The notes under the pieces: generated by a model
What the model saw: only the letters and a program-made list of their open reading frames with translations
The model's database searches: none
Told to the model about the DNA's origin: nothing
Translations under genes and position numbers: made by a program
Source: Candidatus Limnocylindria bacterium
GTDB taxonomy: Bacteria; Chloroflexota; Limnocylindria; Limnocylindrales; CSP1-4
DNA length: 64,000 bases
Direction: 5' to 3'
NCBI GenBank assembly: GCA_035513775.1
Contig: DATKBR010000099.1
Span: forward strand, 1,879-65,878
Shown here: positions 1 to 8,646 of the stretch, in pieces
Layout: each line of letters begins with the position of its first letter
Numbering within the stretch: the stretch's first letter is position 1

Positions 1-1
1 C

Positions 2-124
2 CACGTCAACACGGTGAAGCGGCTGGGCGACCGCGGCGAATTGAAGTACTACCGCGTGTGCAAGCGCGGTGACCGCCGGTTCCTCCTCGAGGATGTCCGG
101 CGCTTCCTGGACAACAACCGCTGA
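2..124 (+). CDS. C-terminal end of an excisionase/MerR-type helix-turn-helix DNA-binding protein (5' part lies outside the window)
   Basis: The frame is open from the window edge: HVNTVKRLGDRGELKYYRVCKRGDRRFLLEDVRRFLDNNR, with TGA at 122-124. The G-x-L...R-x-G...RRF...DV..FL pattern resembles excisionase-family HTH tails. Confidence 0.4.
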   Translation, partial: HVNTVKRLGDRGELKYYRVCKRGDRRFLLEDVRRFLDNNR

Positions 125-316
125 CCTCGGGCGGCGCTGCACGCCGCCAACCCCTCGAAAGCGCCGGCGCAGAGTCGGCGCTTTCTGGCGTCCGGGACCA
201 GCTGGCGTCCGGGGCGGCCCAGGCTGGGATCAGCGCGGCGGCCGGCAGGCCCTGTGGCTTGCGGGTCCTTGCCGAACCTAACCGGGGCGGTACTTGGTTC
301 CCGACGGCGGAAACCT

Positions 317-410
317 ATGCCAATTGATGAATAACCGGTAGCGCTCCCTTCCGGCAACGGGATCGCCCGCGCGCCTTCCGACCGGTTTGCGCTTATGCAG
401 CAATTGGCAT
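317..410. repeat. 10-bp inverted repeat ATGCCAATTG (317-326) / CAATTGGCAT (401-410) separated by 74 bp
   Basis: Exact reverse complements read directly from the sequence. They lie in the relatively AT-rich intergenic region upstream of the acyl-CoA dehydrogenase gene. Confidence 0.85.
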
Positions 411-451
411 GGAATCTCGGCGCCGGCGAGCAGAGGACTCTGGCCAGATGA

Positions 452-511
452 GCGGCATGCGGCAAAAGCGGCATGCGGCAAGAGCGGCATGCGGCAAGAG
501 CGGCATGCGGC
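452..511. repeat. Tandem array of four copies of a 16-bp unit (GCGGCATGCGGCAARA)
   Basis: GCGGCATGCGGC occurs at 452, 468, 484 and 500 with an exact 16-bp period. Each unit carries a GCATGC palindromic core. Confidence 0.9.
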
Positions 512-603
512 GCCCCGGCGCGTCGCGCGGGCGAAGGTGGCCGCGAACGCCCCACACCGGCGAACGGCGCCGAGCCGGCCTGTGGGCACCCTAGAATGCC
601 GGC

Positions 604-1839
604 GTGATCGACCTTCGCCCGACAGATGAGAACCGGCTCGTCCAGCAGTCCGTCCGGGAGTTCGCCGAGGCCGAGATCGTCCCGTATATCCGCGAGTGGG
701 ATGCCAGGGGCGAGGTCCACCGCGAGATCTTCGGGCGCATGGCCAACCTGGGGCTGCTCGGGGCGCCGGTGCATACGCGCTGGGGCGGCTCGGGCATGGA
801 CTACATCAGCTTCGCGATGATCTGCGAGGAGCTGGAGCGCGCCGATACTGCGTTCCGCGTCGTCCAGAGCGTCCACGTGGGGTTGAACTCGTTGACCCTG
901 ATGCAGTGGGGGACCGACGAGCAGAAGCAGCGCTGGCTCGTCCCCCAGGCGAAGGGCGAGAAGCTGGCGACGTTCGGCCTCACGGAGCCCGGCGCGGGCA
1001 CGGATGCGGGGAACCTCACGTCCACCGCGCGCCGCGACGGCGATTCCTACGTGCTCAACGGGCAGAAGATCTGGATCAGCCTGGCCGACATAGCGGACCA
1101 GTTCCTCGTCTTCGCCTCGGTCGATCGGTCGAAGGGGCACCGGGGCGTGACGGCGTTCGTGCTGGAGCGCGGGATGGAGGGCCTTTCCACGGGCACCCTC
1201 CACGGCAAGCTCGGTATCCGGGCCGGCAATACGGGCCTCATCAACATGGACAACGTGCGCGTGCCCCTGGAGCACCGGATCGGCGAGGAGGGCGAAGGGT
1301 TCCTGATCGCGATGAGCGCGATCGATCAGGGGCGCTACACGGTTGCCGCCGGCAACGTGGGGCTCGCGCAGGCCTGCCTCGACGCGTCGCTCAAGTACGC
1401 CCACGAGCGCAAGACCTTCGGCGACGAGATCGGCAAGCATCAGCTGGTCAAGCAGATGCTCGCGAAGATGGTCGCGGGCATCGAGGCCGGCCGGCTCCTG
1501 GTCTGGCGCGCCGGGTTCCTGAAGAACCATGGCGTCAGGAACACGCGCGAGACTTCGCTCGCGAAGTGGCACGCCACCGACCACGCGGTGGCCAGCGCGC
1601 TCGACGCGATCCAGATCCACGGCGCGAACGGGTACTCCAACGAGTTCCCGGTGGAGCGCTACCTGCGCAACTCCAAGGCTGCCGTCATCTACGAGGGCAC
1701 GAGCCAGCTGCATACGCTGATCCAGGCCGACTTCGCCCTCGGCTACCGCGAGGACCGACCGCTGCGCTGCGAGCAGTTGCCCGCGGAGGGGTTCGAGCGG
1801 TTGCCCGCGTCCGCCGCCGCGGCCGCCGGGCGTGCATGA
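604..1839 (+). CDS. acyl-CoA dehydrogenase family protein
   Basis: 411-aa ORF with a GTG start. ACAD hallmarks are present: FGLTEPGAGTDAGN (the GLTEPxAGSD-type loop) and the C-terminal VIYEGTSQLHTLIQA motif. Confidence 0.9.
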   Translation: MIDLRPTDENRLVQQSVREFAEAEIVPYIREWDARGEVHREIFGRMANLGLLGAPVHTRWGGSGMDYISFAMICEELERADTAFRVVQSVHVGLNSLTLMQWGTDEQKQRWLVPQAKGEKLATFGLTEPGAGTDAGNLTSTARRDGDSYVLNGQKIWISLADIADQFLVFASVDRSKGHRGVTAFVLERGMEGLSTGTLHGKLGIRAGNTGLINMDNVRVPLEHRIGEEGEGFLIAMSAIDQGRYTVAAGNVGLAQACLDASLKYAHERKTFGDEIGKHQLVKQMLAKMVAGIEAGRLLVWRAGFLKNHGVRNTRETSLAKWHATDHAVASALDAIQIHGANGYSNEFPVERYLRNSKAAVIYEGTSQLHTLIQADFALGYREDRPLRCEQLPAEGFERLPASAAAAAGRA

Positions 1840-1948
1840 CGGGGGAGCGAGGGCCGGCCCGCGTGCGAGCACCGGCACGCGAGCGCGAACCGGCACGCGC
1901 CCCGCGTAGGCGCCCGGCCTGACCGGCGCCCAAGCCAACGCCCGCGTC

Positions 1949-3979
1949 GTGAGCGCCGCCCTCAGCCCGTCCGAGCTGGCGACGCTGCGGGCGCTCGCCG
2001 CGGCCTTCGTCCCGGCCAGCGACCACGCTCGCGTCGCCTCGATCGCGTCCGATGCGCTCGTACGCGCCGTCGATCCCTCGCAGCTGACTCAGCTGCGCCT
2101 GGTCCTGCGGCTGCTCGAGCAGCCCCTCGCGAATCTCGCCACCGGCTCCGGCTTCGCCGCATTCCGTGACATGGACGCGCCGGCGCGCGAACGACTGCTC
2201 CTGCGCTGGGCCGGCTCGCCGCTCCTGCCGCGTCGCTCGGCGGTGCATGCGTTCCGCAAGCTGCTGACGTTCATCGCCTACGCCGACCCCGGCCCGCCAG
2301 AGGCGCTGAACCACCTGCTGCAGGCCATCGGCTACGTCCGCGACGACCCGACGATCGCGGCAACGCAGCCGTCGATCGAACCGCTCGTCGTCGACCGATC
2401 GCCCGTGAGCGCAACGAGCGGCCTGATCCAACTTGAGGCGGATGTCGTCGTCATTGGCTCGGGGGCGGGCGGCGGCGTCGTCGCGGCCGAGCTTGCTCGA
2501 GCCGGCAGGCACGTGCTGGTCATCGAGGCTGGGCCCTACGTCGACGAGAGGACGATGCCGCGCGACGAGCTCGATGCGTATGGGCGGCTGTACCTCAATC
2601 ACGGCCTGCTCTCCACCTGGGACGGCGCGGTCACGATGCTCGCCGGCTCCGGGGTCGGCGGCGGGACGCTGGTGAACTGGATGACCAGCCTCGACGCCCC
2701 GGTCGGGGTGCGCGCCGAGTGGTCGCGCGAGCACGGGCTGGACGGCCTCGACGGCCAGGAGTGGGCGGCGGATGTCGACGCCATCGAACGCGAGATGGGG
2801 GTCGCCCCTGTCGTGGTCATCCCGCCCAAGGACGAGCTCATCCGGCGCGGAGCGGCCGAGCTCGGCTGGGACGTGGACGTGATCCGCCGCAACGGCTCCG
2901 ACTGCGGCGACTGCGGCTCGTGCCCGTTCGGCTGCCGGCGCGGCACGAAGCAGTCGGGGATCCGCGCGCACCTCGCGGAGGCGGCGAGGCACGGTGCGCG
3001 CGTGCTCGATCGTGCGCGCGTCCTGTCGCTGATCCGCTCGGAAAGCCCCGGCGACTCGGTGGCGGGGGTCGTCGGCTCGCTGGGCCCCGCCGATCCGAGC
3101 GCGCCCTACGTGGGGGAGCCGCGGCGCTTCACGGTGCACGCGAGCCAGGTCGTCCTGGCGGCCGGTGCACTCCGAAGCCCGGCGATCCTGCAGGGGTCCG
3201 GCTTCGGGCACATGGATATCGGGCGGCACCTGCGCATCCACCCCGTGCCGGTGATCGGGGCGCTGATGGACGATCCGGTGGACATGTGGCGGGGCACGAT
3301 GCAGGCGGTGCGCTCGATGGAGTTCGGGCAGGAGGAGGCCGGGCGCCGCCGCTACGTCATCGAGTCGGCGCCGGGGCACCTCGGGCTACTCGCGCTCGTG
3401 CTCCCCTGGGAGGGCGCCACCGCGCACGCCGAGCTGATGGCGAGGGCGCGCCACTTCTCTCCGCTCGTCGCCGTCACCCGCGACGGGGGCGAGGGCCGGG
3501 TTCGACTCACGAGCGCGGGGCGTGTCCGCATCGACTACCGCCTGGACGATTCAGGACGCGCAACGCTGCGCCACGCCCTCGTCTCGATGGCGCGAATTGC
3601 CCGTGCCGCGGGCGCCGCCGAGATCCTCGCGGTCTCAATGCCGCTCGAGCGGCACCTCGTCGATGGGGCGGGGGATGAGCCGCGTCAGTACGCCGAGTTC
3701 GAGCGCCGGCTCGCTGCGATGGACTTCTCGCCGCACCGGGGAACCGTCGCATCGGCCCACCAGATGGGCACGATCCGGATGGGTGCGGACCCCGCGGACC
3801 ACCCCGCAGACGAGCGCGGCCGGGTCCGTCTCGATTCTCGCGGGAGCATCATCCGCGGGCTCTACGTCGCGGACTCCTCTACGTTCCCGACAGCTCTCGG
3901 CGTGAACCCCATGGTCACCGTGATGGCGATGGCGCGGCGCGTCAGTCGGACCGTGCTCGCCGAGGGGCAGCCGGGCTGA
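1949..3979 (+). CDS. GMC-family FAD oxidoreductase (long-chain alcohol oxidase-like)
   Basis: 676 aa. It has the Rossmann motif VVVIGSGAGGGVVAAELARAG and the C-terminal GMC signatures HQMGTIRMGADP and LYVADSSTFPTALGVNP. Confidence 0.85.
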   Translation: MSAALSPSELATLRALAAAFVPASDHARVASIASDALVRAVDPSQLTQLRLVLRLLEQPLANLATGSGFAAFRDMDAPARERLLLRWAGSPLLPRRSAVHAFRKLLTFIAYADPGPPEALNHLLQAIGYVRDDPTIAATQPSIEPLVVDRSPVSATSGLIQLEADVVVIGSGAGGGVVAAELARAGRHVLVIEAGPYVDERTMPRDELDAYGRLYLNHGLLSTWDGAVTMLAGSGVGGGTLVNWMTSLDAPVGVRAEWSREHGLDGLDGQEWAADVDAIEREMGVAPVVVIPPKDELIRRGAAELGWDVDVIRRNGSDCGDCGSCPFGCRRGTKQSGIRAHLAEAARHGARVLDRARVLSLIRSESPGDSVAGVVGSLGPADPSAPYVGEPRRFTVHASQVVLAAGALRSPAILQGSGFGHMDIGRHLRIHPVPVIGALMDDPVDMWRGTMQAVRSMEFGQEEAGRRRYVIESAPGHLGLLALVLPWEGATAHAELMARARHFSPLVAVTRDGGEGRVRLTSAGRVRIDYRLDDSGRATLRHALVSMARIARAAGAAEILAVSMPLERHLVDGAGDEPRQYAEFERRLAAMDFSPHRGTVASAHQMGTIRMGADPADHPADERGRVRLDSRGSIIRGLYVADSSTFPTALGVNPMVTVMAMARRVSRTVLAEGQPG

Positions 3980-4011
3980 TCGCGGGGGCGGACCTCGTTA
4001 GGCAGACCGCG

Positions 4012-5025
4012 TTAGGCGCGGGCTGCGTCGGCGCTATGGATGTCGGCCTCGAACTCGTTGTCGGGATTAGCGGCCCCCACCTCGTCATTCGCCTGGACAC
4101 CGGCGAGGCGCCCGCGGGCGGTCACGATGATCGCCACCGCAGCGAGGATCACGGCCGACGCAACGACCGTACGCATGCTAATCGGCTCGCGCAGGAAGAC
4201 CGTGCCGAGCGCCACGGCCACGACCGGGTTGACGTAGGCATACGTCCCGACGAGCGAGAGCGGCGCGTTGCGCAGCAGCCATGCGTACGCGGTGTACGCG
4301 AGCATGCTCCCGAAGAGGATCAGGTATACGACCGCGATGATCGATGCCGACGAGACCGCCGCGGGGTCGAACGTCGCAGGCTCACCAACGATCAACGACT
4401 CGATCCCGGTCAACGCGGCGCCGGCGAGCATCTGGAGGCCGGACGCGCTCAGCGGGCTGGGCGGGAGCTTCGCCCGCCGGACCGAGTAGATCGAGCCGTG
4501 CGCCCAGCCCAGCGGGCCGAGGAACAGGATCAAGAGGCCAAGCGGATCGAAGTGGTTGGCGCCGTCACCGGATGGCCAGACGAGGAGCGCGACGCCGGCG
4601 AAGCCGAGCGCGACGGCGAACGCGACGAGCCGCGGCAGCCGCTCACGCAGGTACAGCCAGCCTAGGAGCGCGAACCAGAGCGGCATCATCCCGACAAGGA
4701 TCGCGGCGATGCCTGACGGCACGGTCTTCTCGCCGACGCCGACGAACGCATTGCCGATGCCGAGCAGCAGGCCGCCGACGATCATGGAGTCCACGACCTG
4801 CCGCCGGGTCGGTAGGTGCCGCGAGCCCGGGTGCCGCAGCAGGTCCCATGCGACCAGGATCAGGCCGGCGATCGCAAACCGGATCGTGGCCATGAGGAAC
4901 GGCGGGATGGTCTCGATCGCGACCGCGATGCCGAAGTACGTGGAGCCCCAGACGACGTAGATGATCGCGAGGTTCGCCCACATCGCGAGGCCGCGCGGTC
5001 GACGCCAGGCCGCGAACGTTGGCAT
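4012..5025 (-). CDS. EamA/DMT-superfamily transporter
   Basis: Only the C-terminal 337 aa of the 530-aa ORF is protein-like: ten hydrophobic segments and two EamA-type halves. The ATG at 5025 (MPTFAAWRRPRGLAMWANLAIIYVVWGSTYF) is chosen, with an alternative ATG at 4983. The upstream part of the ORF is Arg/Pro-rich GC-shadow. Confidence 0.8.
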   Translation of the reverse strand: MPTFAAWRRPRGLAMWANLAIIYVVWGSTYFGIAVAIETIPPFLMATIRFAIAGLILVAWDLLRHPGSRHLPTRRQVVDSMIVGGLLLGIGNAFVGVGEKTVPSGIAAILVGMMPLWFALLGWLYLRERLPRLVAFAVALGFAGVALLVWPSGDGANHFDPLGLLILFLGPLGWAHGSIYSVRRAKLPPSPLSASGLQMLAGAALTGIESLIVGEPATFDPAAVSSASIIAVVYLILFGSMLAYTAYAWLLRNAPLSLVGTYAYVNPVVAVALGTVFLREPISMRTVVASAVILAAVAIIVTARGRLAGVQANDEVGAANPDNEFEADIHSADAARA

Positions 5026-5153
5026 AGTTTGCTGGTCCAAGAGACGGATCCTAGCGCAGAATCCGGCACCGAAGGGGCTCCTGCCACAACCTACCCAATC
5101 GCACGAGATGACAGCGAGCAGATTGGCGGAACCCCCGCTGTTGGTGCCACCGG

Positions 5154-5638
5154 CTATGCCTGGGCCGTTCGCGACATGCCACCGGCCCCGGCGGATGCCG
5201 GTTGCCCCGCGGGGCCATCGCCCTGCGGCCGGTAGCCGAGGTCCGCGGACAGCGCCTCCGCGGCTGATACGACGGCGCGGGCGACCAACCCTCCTTGGAG
5301 GCGCTCGTCCAGTTGTCCGGCCAACCCGCGATGATGTCACCGACGATCCTGCCGCTGGCGTTCCGGACCGGCGCCGCGACGCCGACCGCTCCCGGGGACC
5401 GATCACCGTGGCTGGTGGCGTACCCGCGTTTGCGTGCCTCCGCGAGTTGGGCGCGGAGGCACGGGCGCTCGGCTTCGGGTCGTGCCCCGATGATGCGTTC
5501 GCGATCCGGTTGCGGTAGGAACGCCAGGATTCCGCGGCCGCTGACCCCGAGATGCGATTCGCTCTTGGGGCGGCCTTCGGCGCCCCGGTCGTGCCGCTCG
5601 GCATGGACGCCTTCGGTCAGGCCGGTCGTGTCCGCGAC
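5154..5638 (-). pseudogene. IclR-family regulator remnant (N-terminally truncated and frameshifted)
   Basis: Minus-strand translation gives IclR effector-domain-like sequence: SHLGVSGRGILAFLPQPDRERIIGARPEAERPCLRAQLAEARKRGYATSHGDRSPGAVGVAAPVRNASGRIVGDIIAGWP. It is bounded upstream by an in-frame TAG at 5639-5641. The expected C-terminus (QLDERLQGGLVARAVVSAAEALSADLGYRP, stop 5154-5156) continues in another frame after about 5315-5322. There is no room for a wHTH domain before lutC at 5727. Confidence 0.5.
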
Positions 5639-5726
5639 CTATTCGATCATGCGGGGATCGACGCACGGCATCGTGGACGCCGCGCTCCTGGCGCTTGAGC
5701 TGGGCCAAGCTGGCTGATCGCACACC

Positions 5727-6362
5727 TCAGGCCGTTCCGCCGACGATCACGACGTCAAGCACACGCGGTCCATGTACGCCCTCGACCCGCTGGAGCTCGA
5801 TGTCGCTCGTGGCCGATGGTCCGCTGATCCACGTGAGGGGGCGTCGCGGATCGAGCCGATCGAGCGCCTCCGGTACGGTCCCGACGACCCGCTCGGCGTC
5901 GACGATGCAGAGGTGCCGGTCGGGCAGGAGGCTCAACGCCCGGCGGCCCTGGCCAGGACCCGCATCGAGGACGATGGTCCCCGTCTCCGCGATCGCGATC
6001 GCGCAGTCGGTGATCACCCCATCGACGGCGTCGAGGTCGGTCACCGAGAGCGGCGGCTCGTCCCCGACGAGCTGCAGGTCGGCAGTCGCGGCAAGCCAGT
6101 CGACCGGCAGGCCAGACGGAACGACCAGTCGACTGACGCCGCGGAGCGCCAGGACCGATGCGATGACGCGGGGCAGCTCGGCCGCCGCGGCATGGTGGAC
6201 GGTGGCGCGGTAGTCGGCGACGCGCTCAGCGAACAGCCGAACCGGGTCGATGTCCGGCGGCAGGCGCCGCTCGTACTCGCGTGGGATGACCACCGCGGCC
6301 GGATCATCGACCAATGCCGCGGCGATCCGGGCGAGGATCGCCGAGCGAGCGTCGCTCATCAT
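5727..6362 (-). CDS. lutC: lactate utilization protein C (LutC/YkgG family)
   Basis: The start is chosen at the ATG in the ATGATGA overlap with the lutB stop (6359-6362). The product begins MMSDARSAILARIAAAL and shows LUD-domain-like sequence. It is the third gene of a lutA-lutB-lutC array. Confidence 0.8.
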   Translation of the reverse strand: MMSDARSAILARIAAALVDDPAAVVIPREYERRLPPDIDPVRLFAERVADYRATVHHAAAAELPRVIASVLALRGVSRLVVPSGLPVDWLAATADLQLVGDEPPLSVTDLDAVDGVITDCAIAIAETGTIVLDAGPGQGRRALSLLPDRHLCIVDAERVVGTVPEALDRLDPRRPLTWISGPSATSDIELQRVEGVHGPRVLDVVIVGGTA

Positions 6363-7870
6363 CCGCCCGTCCCCCCACCGGTCCGTCGCCACCACCGGCG
6401 GAACGCCTCTCGCGCCGGTGCCGGCAGATCGCGGCCGCGAAGCCACGAGCGGAGCCAGACCGGTCCCGGCGCCCGGCGGATCGGCCCGCCGAACCCGAGG
6501 ATGCGGCCGCCGAGGCTGGCCAGCCGTTCCGCGAATGAGAACCGGCGCGGACCCCGGAATGCCCACCCGATCGACGCCATGAGCACCGCCTCCTCGGAGG
6601 CGCGGGCCCGCCAGCCGCGCTGGTCCACGACCTTGGCGCGCAGGTGGACGAGCACCTGGGGGATGTCGATCCGCACCGGGCAGACCTCCAGGCACGCTCC
6701 GCACAACGTCGACGCATAGGGAAGCGACGCCGTCTGGGCGTCAACGGCGTGAACGTTGATCCCGCGCAACTGCGGCGTCAGGATCGCCCCGATGGGTCCC
6801 GGGTACGGCGACCCATAGGCGCTGCCACCCGTGCGCTCATAGACCGGGCAGACGTTCAGGCAGGCCGAGCACTTGATGCAGCGCAGGGCCTGACGCCCAA
6901 CCGGGTCGACGAGCGTGTCCGTCCGGCCGTTATCGAGCAGGATCAGATGGAAGGCCTGCGGGCCATCGCCAGGCGTGACCCCTGTCCACATCGAGGTGTA
7001 GGGGTTCATCCGCTCCGCCGTCGACGACCTGGGCAGGAGCTGGAGGAAGACCTCGAGGTCCTGCCAGCGCGGGACCAGCTTCTCGATCCCCATCACCGTG
7101 ATCAGCGTCTGGGGCAGCGTCAGGCACATCCGGCCGTTGCCCTCCGACTCGACGACCATCACGGTACCGGTCTCGGCCACGGCGAAGTTGGCGCCGGAGA
7201 CCGCCACCCTCGCCCGCAGGAACTTCTCGCGGAGGTGGAGCCTCGCCGCCTCCGCGAGAGCCCGGGGCTCGTCCGTCAGGTTCGGCGGCGCCGGCCGACC
7301 CACGCCGGCCATCTCACGCAGGAAGATGTCACGCACCTGCTGGCGGTTGCGGTGGATCGCGGGCACGAGAATGTGCGACGGGAGGTCCTCGCCCAGCTGG
7401 ACGATCAGCTCCGCAAGGTCGGTTTCCCATGCCGCGATCCCGGCCCGGCCGAGCGCCTCGTTGAGCTCGATCTCCTGGGTCACCATGGACTTGACCTTGA
7501 TCACCTCGTCCGATCCGGCGTCCCGGACGAGGCCGACGACGATCGCGTTCGCCTCCGCGGCGTCTCGAGCCCAATGGACGGTGCCGCCGGCCGCCGCCAC
7601 GGCCGCCTCGAGCTGGACGAGCAGGACCGGAAGCTGCTGGAGCGCGCTGTCCTTGATCGCCGCGCCCGCCAGCCGGAGGGCTTCCCAGTCTTCGCGCTCG
7701 GCGACAGCCTGCGCTCGCTTCGCCCTGATCGTGGCCGTGGCGCGCGCGAGGTTCACCCGCAGTTGGACGTCCGCAAGGGCGGCCCTGGCCGCGATCGGGA
7801 ATGGCGCCGTGCCCCTGAACGTCGGCACCGCGCGCGGCGCCCGGTCACCGGGGTCGCCACTGTCGATCAC
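6359..7870 (-). CDS. lutB: lactate utilization iron-sulfur protein LutB (YkgF family)
   Basis: 503 aa with two 4Fe-4S ferredoxin motifs (CIKCSACLNVCPVY and CGACLEVCPV). The GTG start overlaps the lutA stop (GTGA at 7867-7870). Confidence 0.9.
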   Translation of the reverse strand: MIDSGDPGDRAPRAVPTFRGTAPFPIAARAALADVQLRVNLARATATIRAKRAQAVAEREDWEALRLAGAAIKDSALQQLPVLLVQLEAAVAAAGGTVHWARDAAEANAIVVGLVRDAGSDEVIKVKSMVTQEIELNEALGRAGIAAWETDLAELIVQLGEDLPSHILVPAIHRNRQQVRDIFLREMAGVGRPAPPNLTDEPRALAEAARLHLREKFLRARVAVSGANFAVAETGTVMVVESEGNGRMCLTLPQTLITVMGIEKLVPRWQDLEVFLQLLPRSSTAERMNPYTSMWTGVTPGDGPQAFHLILLDNGRTDTLVDPVGRQALRCIKCSACLNVCPVYERTGGSAYGSPYPGPIGAILTPQLRGINVHAVDAQTASLPYASTLCGACLEVCPVRIDIPQVLVHLRAKVVDQRGWRARASEEAVLMASIGWAFRGPRRFSFAERLASLGGRILGFGGPIRRAPGPVWLRSWLRGRDLPAPAREAFRRWWRRTGGGTGG

Positions 7871-8610
7871 GACGGGCCGCCGGCGGCGAGGATCTCAGCG
7901 AGGTGCACCACTCGCACCGCCGAGCCGGTGCGCGAGAGCAATCCGCCGAGGTGCATGAGGCAGGACATGTCGGCCGCGGTGAGCACCGTGGCGCCGGAGT
8001 CCGTGATTGCGGCGATCCTATCGGCGCCCATCGCCAGCGAGGTATCGGCGTTCTTCACCGCGAACGTCCCGCCGAAGCCGCAGCACTGGTCAGCTCCTGC
8101 GACCTCTGCCAGGCTCAGCCCGCGGACTGCGGCGAGGAGCCGGCTCGGCCGGTCGCCGATCCCGAGGGTACGCACCGAGTGGCACGTCTGATGGAAGGCC
8201 ACCCGATAGGGGAACGCGGCGCCAACGTCTGTGACCCCGAGGATGTCGACCAGGAACTCGGTCAACTCGTACACGGGTGGCGCGGCGGCGACCCGCGCAG
8301 GCAGGGCGGGGTCCAGGCCGCGCGCGCTCGCAAGCCCGGCGACCGTGGCGTGCTCGCGACGGACCATGGCCGCACACGAGGGCGACGGCGTGACCACCGC
8401 GTCAAAGCCGGCGAACGTGTCCGTGAACCTGCGTACGAGCGGCACGCACGCCTCGTGAAAGCCGGTGTTGAAGTGTATCTGGCCGCAGCAGGTCTGGTCC
8501 GCAGGGAACTCGACCTCCTGGCCCAGTCGGCGGAGCAGCGTCACGACCGCCCTCCCGACGCCCGGGAAAAGCATGTCGTTGAAGCAGGTGATGAACAGCG
8601 CTACCCGCAT
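7867..8610 (-). CDS. lutA: (Fe-S) oxidoreductase LutA (YkgE family, CCG domains)
   Basis: 247 aa beginning MRVALFITCFNDMLFPGVG, with QTCCGQ and DQCCGFGG cysteine-rich CCG motifs. Confidence 0.9.
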   Translation of the reverse strand: MRVALFITCFNDMLFPGVGRAVVTLLRRLGQEVEFPADQTCCGQIHFNTGFHEACVPLVRRFTDTFAGFDAVVTPSPSCAAMVRREHATVAGLASARGLDPALPARVAAAPPVYELTEFLVDILGVTDVGAAFPYRVAFHQTCHSVRTLGIGDRPSRLLAAVRGLSLAEVAGADQCCGFGGTFAVKNADTSLAMGADRIAAITDSGATVLTAADMSCLMHLGGLLSRTGSAVRVVHLAEILAAGGPS

Positions 8611-8646
8611 GACGGTGCCGTTGGCGCTGTGGGTCGTCAGCGCGGA

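Noticed and set aside
452-511. Whether the 16-bp x4 array could be a CRISPR array
   Set aside because: The units are directly adjacent with no spacers, are far too short, and no cas genes are present.
1-603. Excisionase-type HTH plus repeats as the edge of an integrated mobile element
   Set aside because: No integrase, tRNA target, att-like direct repeats matching elsewhere in the window, or phage/conjugation genes are visible. This cannot be supported from the window.
49-1938. 629-aa ORF on the minus strand covering the whole acyl-CoA dehydrogenase locus
   Set aside because: It is antisense to a gene with clear ACAD motifs. Its product is Arg/Ala/Pro/Gly-rich with no motif, which is the usual GC-rich shadow frame.
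1685-3379. 564-aa minus-strand ORF antisense to the GMC oxidoreductase
   Set aside because: Low-complexity Arg/Pro/Ala composition. The plus-strand frame carries the FAD Rossmann and GMC signature motifs.
5026-5604. N-terminal 193 aa of the 530-aa ORF extending the EamA transporter
   Set aside because: The extension is Arg/Gly/Pro/Ser-rich and runs across the IclR remnant in another frame. The transporter-like sequence begins only at the ATG at 5025 or 4983.
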